A stretch of DNA of 36,284 nt from a virus (Duplodnaviria > Heunggongvirae > Uroviricota > Caudoviricetes), in the IMG/VR virus record IMGVR_UViG_3300043399_000371, positions 1 through 36,284 of that record. One strand, given 5' to 3'. This document shows, one piece after another, positions 31,959 to 36,284 of the stretch. The notes under the pieces are model-generated. The model was given only the letters and a program-made list of their open reading frames with translations. It did no database searches and was not told the origin of the DNA. Both the position numbers and the translations under genes were made by a program. Numbering within the stretch: position 1 is the stretch's first letter; each line of letters opens with the position of its first letter.

Positions 31959-32516
31959 TTAAACAAACTTCTGAAAATTAGGTTCTTTCCAGCCTTCAGG
32001 TTTTAGAATTTTACCATCATGGCGGCGAATAACCTTTCCTGTTTCCTTATCAATCTTTGATAGATTGCTAATGGAACCTTCATCCCATGCCGATTCCGCA
32101 TCCCAACCACGGGAATGCATATATCCAACAATAACCCAAATCATATCAAAACAAGCATCTAGTTCTTTTGTGTCATTGTCATTGAAAAATGCTGTTGCAA
32201 ATTCAGAGAACTCTTCAGCAATTAGTGATGCATATAGTTTTGCAAGATCGGATTTATTTGTTGGTTGTTCTGGACATTTCTGTCCTGCTGCTTCCATAAA
32301 AATTTTCACATCTTTAAATACTTTTGTTGTCATACTATCTCTCTTTTCCTTTGTGAGATTTTTGATGATGATTGCTCCATCATCAAAATCAAATTTTAGC
32401 ACATCATATATTCTCCAGTCAAGACTTTCTACAAGTTCTTGTGGAAATTCTAGAATGGAATCCCCATCATCATTTTCTTGAATATCAATCGTCCACTTGT
32501 TCAATATAAACTCCAC
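31959..32516 (-). CDS. AbrB/MazE-like domain in frame with a MazG-like (PRA-PH type) NTP pyrophosphohydrolase; internal start at 32333
   Basis: N-terminal GDSILEFPQELVESLDW..YDVLKF; C-terminal LIAEEFSEF...ELDACFD...SNLSK...DGKILKPEGW. Confidence 0.8.
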   Translation of the reverse strand: MEFILNKWTIDIQENDDGDSILEFPQELVESLDWRIYDVLKFDFDDGAIIIKNLTKEKRDSMTTKVFKDVKIFMEAAGQKCPEQPTNKSDLAKLYASLIAEEFSEFATAFFNDNDTKELDACFDMIWVIVGYMHSRGWDAESAWDEGSISNLSKIDKETGKVIRRHDGKILKPEGWKEPNFQKFV

Positions 32517-32973
32517 ACTTTTTCAAAAATTCAATTCCATCTGTTGACCTGTATTGTTTCCTGTAATACACAGAAGTGATTCCAGATTGATGGATCAGCT
32601 TTGAACAATCAATACATGGCGCATGAGTAATAAACATTGTAGCTTTATCGCTAGAATTTGTTGACTTGGCAATCTTAGCCAAAGCATTTGATTCTGCGTG
32701 TAGGACTTCTGGTTTTGTTTTAAGTCTAGTATATTGTTGAGTGTATGAATCATATTTCCAATTTTTCGGATCACTCGCAACATCTCGACTATCATAAGTC
32801 TTTTCAAAAACTTCACAATTATTATCCCAACCAGAGGGCATCCCATTATAACCGATACCGATAATTGTATCATTTTTAACAACAACACAACCTACTTGTA
32901 ATCGTTTTGCTGTGGAAAGTTTAGCATAAACTTCGGCAGCATTCAAGTGTGCATGAATAAATTTTTCTTTCAT
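32485..32973 (-). CDS. cd: dCMP deaminase (likely start MKEKFIH at 32973)
   Basis: QVGCVVVK, GYNGMP, LHAESNA and THAPCIDC motifs; TAAGGA SD. Confidence 0.93.
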   Translation of the reverse strand: MKEKFIHAHLNAAEVYAKLSTAKRLQVGCVVVKNDTIIGIGYNGMPSGWDNNCEVFEKTYDSRDVASDPKNWKYDSYTQQYTRLKTKPEVLHAESNALAKIAKSTNSSDKATMFITHAPCIDCSKLIHQSGITSVYYRKQYRSTDGIEFLKKCGVYIEQVDD

Positions 32974-32988
32974 AACAAAATCCTTAAT

Positions 32989-33013
32989 CGGTGGCAACAA
33001 CAAGTCACCACCG
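32989..33013 (-). other. GC-rich hairpin after hsp20 (stability/processing element or weak terminator)
   Basis: CGGTGGTGAC-TTGTT-GTTGCCACCG, 10-bp stem with two GU pairs, no U tract. Confidence 0.55.
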
Positions 33014-33015
33014 TA

Positions 33016-33044
33016 AGTTTATACTACTTAACTTATTCTGTCAA
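33016..33044 (-). promoter_or_regulatory. Sigma70-type promoter TTGACA-17bp-TAAACT
   Basis: -35 at 33044-33039 (inside the hsp20 3' end), -10 at 33021-33016; same hexamers as the promoter at 117-145. Confidence 0.75.
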
Positions 33045-33500
33045 TAGTTGTGTAGCACGTTTTTCATTGACATATTTGATGTCAATTTTCTTAGCTTTCT
33101 TGTTTTCTGGAATGATGTTAACAAGGCTAATACGTAGTACACCATCAACAAACTCTGCGCCTTCTACCTCAATGGTGTCGGCAATCTTGATTGTTTTTGT
33201 GAATGAACGTGTGGCAATACCTCGGTGGAGATATTCAATAGTCGAGTCGGGTTCAATATGACTTCCCTTGATGACTAGACTATTATCTTCGATGGTGACT
33301 TCAATATCATTTTTATTAAAGCCAGCCAAAGCAAGTTCCACAGTATATTTGTTTGTATCATTTTTAATGATATTGTGTGGAGGATAAGTTGATATTGTTT
33401 TGGTTTTGCCTTCAAATTGTTCGAAAGTCTTTTCAAACTCTTTAATTGCTTGTTCAAAACCTAGTGTTGTTGGACGAAAAAAATTTAAATATTTCGACAT
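33033..33500 (-). CDS. hsp20: Small heat shock protein (Hsp20/IbpA-like)
   Basis: YPPHNIIK...VELALAGF...YLHRGIATRSF...AEFVDGVLRI. Confidence 0.95.
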   Translation of the reverse strand: MSKYLNFFRPTTLGFEQAIKEFEKTFEQFEGKTKTISTYPPHNIIKNDTNKYTVELALAGFNKNDIEVTIEDNSLVIKGSHIEPDSTIEYLHRGIATRSFTKTIKIADTIEVEGAEFVDGVLRISLVNIIPENKKAKKIDIKYVNEKRATQLLTE

Positions 33501-33507
33501 TGTGATA

Positions 33508-33640
33508 CTCCTTAATTAAGCAAGTTAAAAAACGTCCCATAAGGCGACGCAAATCCCGCTTACCGATTACGGGGCAGACATACGCTTCTGCGGCAAGACG
33601 ATCCTAAGGTGGATTCTTTGCGTTCCCATCCCGAGAGAAT
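33508..33640 (-). ncRNA. Candidate structured cis-regulatory RNA leader of hsp20 (multi-stem, possible pseudoknot, terminator hairpin, ROSE-like SD hairpin)
   Basis: GC-rich intergenic island in an AT-rich genome with several complementary segments folded by hand (see findings). Confidence 0.6.
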
Positions 33641-33817
33641 TTATTTCTTTTCTATCGTGAACGCTTCTTTGTTTGCTAGATAGACTCTATTTGGTTGTTC
33701 TTTTTTATACACTTTCAAAAACGTGTATTCGTTATCTTTAACGATATCATTCATGTCATCACAATAGACAATATCGTTTTGATATATGTTTTTTAGTTTT
33801 ACTGGTTTCTTAGTCAT
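33641..33817 (-). CDS. Hypothetical protein (58 aa, likely start MTKKPVKLKN at 33817)
   Basis: ATG overlaps the end of regA; the longer track start lies deep inside regA. Confidence 0.65.
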   Translation of the reverse strand: MTKKPVKLKNIYQNDIVYCDDMNDIVKDNEYTFLKVYKKEQPNRVYLANKEAFTIEKK

Positions 33818-34217
33818 AATATTTATTCTTTCCGATATTATATTTTGAAACAAGATTCCAATCATTCTTTTCTTTAAACGATAACACTTTAATCTGATGA
33901 AATGGTGCAAGGTCTGTATGTTCAAATTCAACAGGATGAACCAAATCAACAAGTCCCCAATCTTTTAGAAGCTTTGCTATGGAATTTCTCCTAGCAATAT
34001 CATTATCACTAATGTTGGAGGGTTTTCCATCTAAGGCAAAAAGTTCCTTAAAGTGTACTATATAATACTTTCCCTGTTTATGCAATATGTGACAAGATTG
34101 ATAAAGTGTTTTATCTTTTTTTGACGAAACACCAATTCTAGTAAGTGTCTCTTTTACTTTTAGAAAGTCATCGCTTTCTTGTAATTTAACCTCAATAAAA
34201 TTCTTCAAATCTACCAT
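33810..34217 (-). CDS. regA: RegA translational repressor
   Basis: DDFLKVKETLTRIGV...LYQSCHILHKQGKYYIVHFKELFALDG. Confidence 0.97.
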   Translation of the reverse strand: MVDLKNFIEVKLQESDDFLKVKETLTRIGVSSKKDKTLYQSCHILHKQGKYYIVHFKELFALDGKPSNISDNDIARRNSIAKLLKDWGLVDLVHPVEFEHTDLAPFHQIKVLSFKEKNDWNLVSKYNIGKNKYYD

Positions 34218-34219
34218 TT

Positions 34220-34606
34220 TTATTTCCTCAATAATCCACCTGAATCGGTTTTTTCTTTTAGTTCTTGGATTTGTTCTTTACTGAGTAGAAGAAGAATTTC
34301 TCTAGCTTTCTTATCCGATACCTTATAATAAGCTTTTATGCAGTCAAGATTCTCATCTCTTTCATTCTTAATCCACTTAGCAAAAGGTCTTTTATAACCT
34401 CTTACTGTATTTAGTAAAAAATCATACTGCATTTTTTTATCGAGATGTGGCTTATAATTCATCTCATTTGCTTGGAAAATACAATCCTTATGAAAGGATA
34501 ATGCTCTGTTAACAATATATGGGTTGTATTCCTTTTCACACAATTCATCCGTCATAATATTTTGTTTCTTATGAAGGATGTCATTTACATAATCAAATGG
34601 GTTCAT
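34220..34606 (-). CDS. 62: Clamp loader small subunit gp62
   Basis: PFDYVNDI...YNPYIVNRALSF...ANEMN...QYDFL; synteny with 44 and regA. Confidence 0.93.
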   Translation of the reverse strand: MNPFDYVNDILHKKQNIMTDELCEKEYNPYIVNRALSFHKDCIFQANEMNYKPHLDKKMQYDFLLNTVRGYKRPFAKWIKNERDENLDCIKAYYKVSDKKAREILLLLSKEQIQELKEKTDSGGLLRK

Positions 34607-34613
34607 AAATTCC

Positions 34614-34901
34614 TCACAAAATCATTCTAATTAATCCAATACTATCTATAGTTGAAAGAAGCATATAATTCAGAAGCATACCAAAAGATCTTCTAGTATA
34701 TGCTGCCCAAGCATACATCATACACCCAGAGATCCACAAGGGATACATCATCAGCAAAGGTGGGAATGGTACAGTTAATGCCATTGTGATTGAACATCCA
34801 ATGGAAATCACCCAAGCAAGAATTTCAACACAAAATCTTACTTTATGTGATTTCCAATCGTTTTTTATCCAACCAAATATATTATAAAATAGGTCATTCA
34901 T
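34614..34901 (-). CDS. Small multi-pass membrane protein
   Basis: Three hydrophobic segments; ATGA-type coupling to the upstream gene. Confidence 0.7.
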   Translation of the reverse strand: MNDLFYNIFGWIKNDWKSHKVRFCVEILAWVISIGCSITMALTVPFPPLLMMYPLWISGCMMYAWAAYTRRSFGMLLNYMLLSTIDSIGLIRMIL

Positions 34902-35301
34902 TATATTTGTCCAAGTATTTTTTTACAGACTCTAAAAGTTGTTTGTTTTCTTTTGAAACACCGAGTAATCTATTACATTCGTGACATATATATGCTCTGA
35001 ATTTTCCCGTTTTATGATCGTGATCTTTACACCAAGAACCTGTCTTCTTTCCACCTTTTCCTTTTACTGTATTTTCATCTCTTTCACATATAGGACAAAT
35101 GTAATCAGGTGGTGGCGGGAGAATATTTTTGCTTATTTCCTGTACTTGTTTTCTTAATTTTTTATTACATTCTTTACATTCACTTCGCTTATATTTCCCA
35201 CCACTCGCATTACCAAAATCAAATAATGGTTTTTTCTGGGAGCATTTAGAACAAACTTTTGTTTCGTCTAGATCCTCGTCCTCCCAAAGTTTCCCCATCA
35301 T
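34894..35301 (-). CDS. Endonuclease VII-like (His-Me finger) nuclease, possible homing endonuclease
   Basis: CSKC...CKEC zinc finger; CPIC...DHDHKTGKFRAYICHECNRLLG EndoVII core. Confidence 0.85.
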   Translation of the reverse strand: MMGKLWEDEDLDETKVCSKCSQKKPLFDFGNASGGKYKRSECKECNKKLRKQVQEISKNILPPPPDYICPICERDENTVKGKGGKKTGSWCKDHDHKTGKFRAYICHECNRLLGVSKENKQLLESVKKYLDKYNE

Positions 35302-36236
35302 GATTTAAAAGTACAATCCGCCATTAATGCACTTAGAAAAGCTACGAAGTTAATTTCGTTGTCATTCGATAGTGCTGCGCGACCCATATATTCAGAAATG
35401 TATTCAATGGCGATAGGAATACTTTCTGACACCAATACATCATCTAGTGCATCATAAACTTGACGATAGATGCTGTTGTAATCCACATCATTGTTGACAA
35501 CCCACTTCCTCATTGAGTTGAAATCACGGTTAGCAAGAATCTTCACAAGGTCTTTGATGTTTGTGTTATTGATCTGAGGAAGAATCCCAACATCAATGCT
35601 TCCAAACTTGGAATACCTTTGTAGTTCATTAATAACCCTCCTAAAGTCTGGAAAGTATTTCTTAATGACTTCGGCAATAACTTTATCATCAAATATAATG
35701 TTTTCAGACTTAAGGATGAATTGAACTCTCTTGAAAAACTGTGCTGCCATCTTTGCCTTCTCATTGTTCTTAAGAGAGAACTCAATGACCGCACATCTTG
35801 AGTGTAGTGGTTCAATAATCTTAGTCTTATAGTTGCAAGTAAAAATGAATGAACAGTTGCTTGAAAACTCTTCAATCGAATTACGGAATGCTGCTTGTGC
35901 ATTAGGCGAAAGGTAATCTGCCTCATCGATAATGATTACCTTCCTGCCGCCAGTTAGAGACATTGCAGAAGCATAGTTTTTAATCTTGAACCGAACAGTA
36001 TCAACACCATTCTCATCTGATCCATTGATGACCATATAATCACAACCAACTTCTTCACACAAAGCTTTTGCTACTGTGGTCTTACCGACTCCAGCAGTAC
36101 CATCAAGAAGAAGGTTTGGAATTTCTTTTGCATCAACATATTCTTGAAATAAGTTTTTCATCCTATCTGGAAGAATACAATCAGAAATTGTTTTTGGACG
36201 GTAACGTTCTACCCACAGAAAATTATCTAGTTCCAT
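35298..36236 (-). CDS. 44: Clamp loader large subunit gp44
   Basis: LWVERYRP, GTAGVGKTT, IIIDEAD, LHSRC and FPDFRR motifs; ATG at 36236 with GGAG SD. Confidence 0.97.
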   Translation of the reverse strand: MELDNFLWVERYRPKTISDCILPDRMKNLFQEYVDAKEIPNLLLDGTAGVGKTTVAKALCEEVGCDYMVINGSDENGVDTVRFKIKNYASAMSLTGGRKVIIIDEADYLSPNAQAAFRNSIEEFSSNCSFIFTCNYKTKIIEPLHSRCAVIEFSLKNNEKAKMAAQFFKRVQFILKSENIIFDDKVIAEVIKKYFPDFRRVINELQRYSKFGSIDVGILPQINNTNIKDLVKILANRDFNSMRKWVVNNDVDYNSIYRQVYDALDDVLVSESIPIAIEYISEYMGRAALSNDNEINFVAFLSALMADCTFKS

Positions 36237-36254
36237 CAATACTCCATTATAAAA

Positions 36255-36284
36255 TTATTGGTCTTTGTAGAAAGAACCTTTTTC
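36255..36284 (-). CDS. C-terminal end (...EKGSFYKDQ) of the upstream gene, probably sliding clamp gp45
   Basis: Open frame to the window edge; synteny 45-44-62. Confidence 0.6.
   Translation of the reverse strand, partial: EKGSFYKDQ

Noticed and set aside
33608-33640. UGGGAACGCAAAG resembles the GGGACGCAAAG segment of c-di-GMP-I (GEMM) riboswitches
   Set aside because: No GNRA-capped P2 stem or matching receptor architecture is visible; the similarity is too short to assign the family without a covariance-model search.
33818-33952. N-terminal extension of ORF 33641..33952
   Set aside because: Lies within regA in another frame; the ATG at 33817 overlapping the regA end is the more plausible start.
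1-36284. Alternative genetic code, tRNA genes, CRISPR arrays, integrase or transposase
   Set aside because: Core genes are intact in the standard code with TAA, TGA and TAG all used as stops; no cloverleaf, repeat-spacer array or recombinase was recognised by eye.

Overview
AT-rich segment of a large lytic T4-like (myovirus-type) phage, almost certainly infecting a Gram-negative host (spanin pair, GH19 endolysin). Most genes are on the minus strand. Reading right to left: replication block (end of gp45, gp44, EndoVII-like insert, gp62, regA, a structured RNA leader plus hsp20, dCMP deaminase, AbrB-MazG, gp43, uvsX, gp41); a 9-gene sugar-modification cluster; a plus-strand late operon (ADP-ribosyltransferase with helical repeats, HipA/PI3K-like kinase, small partner gene); a late head-associated and lysis block; then primase, thyX, nrdA, thioredoxin, nrdB and a GIY-YIG endonuclease. 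The most striking signal is a set of toxin-like enzymes (Nudix, HicA-like RNase, zeta-like P-loop kinase, ADP-ribosyltransferase, HipA-like kinase). They lie downstream of T4 late-promoter motifs, start with T4 capsid-targeting-like leaders ending in (L/I)xE prohead-protease sites, and share a His-rich, Cys-free composition. This suggests a capsid-packaged, co-injected effector arsenal. All family calls come from motifs recognised by eye and no database search was run. Residue counts are hand counts.
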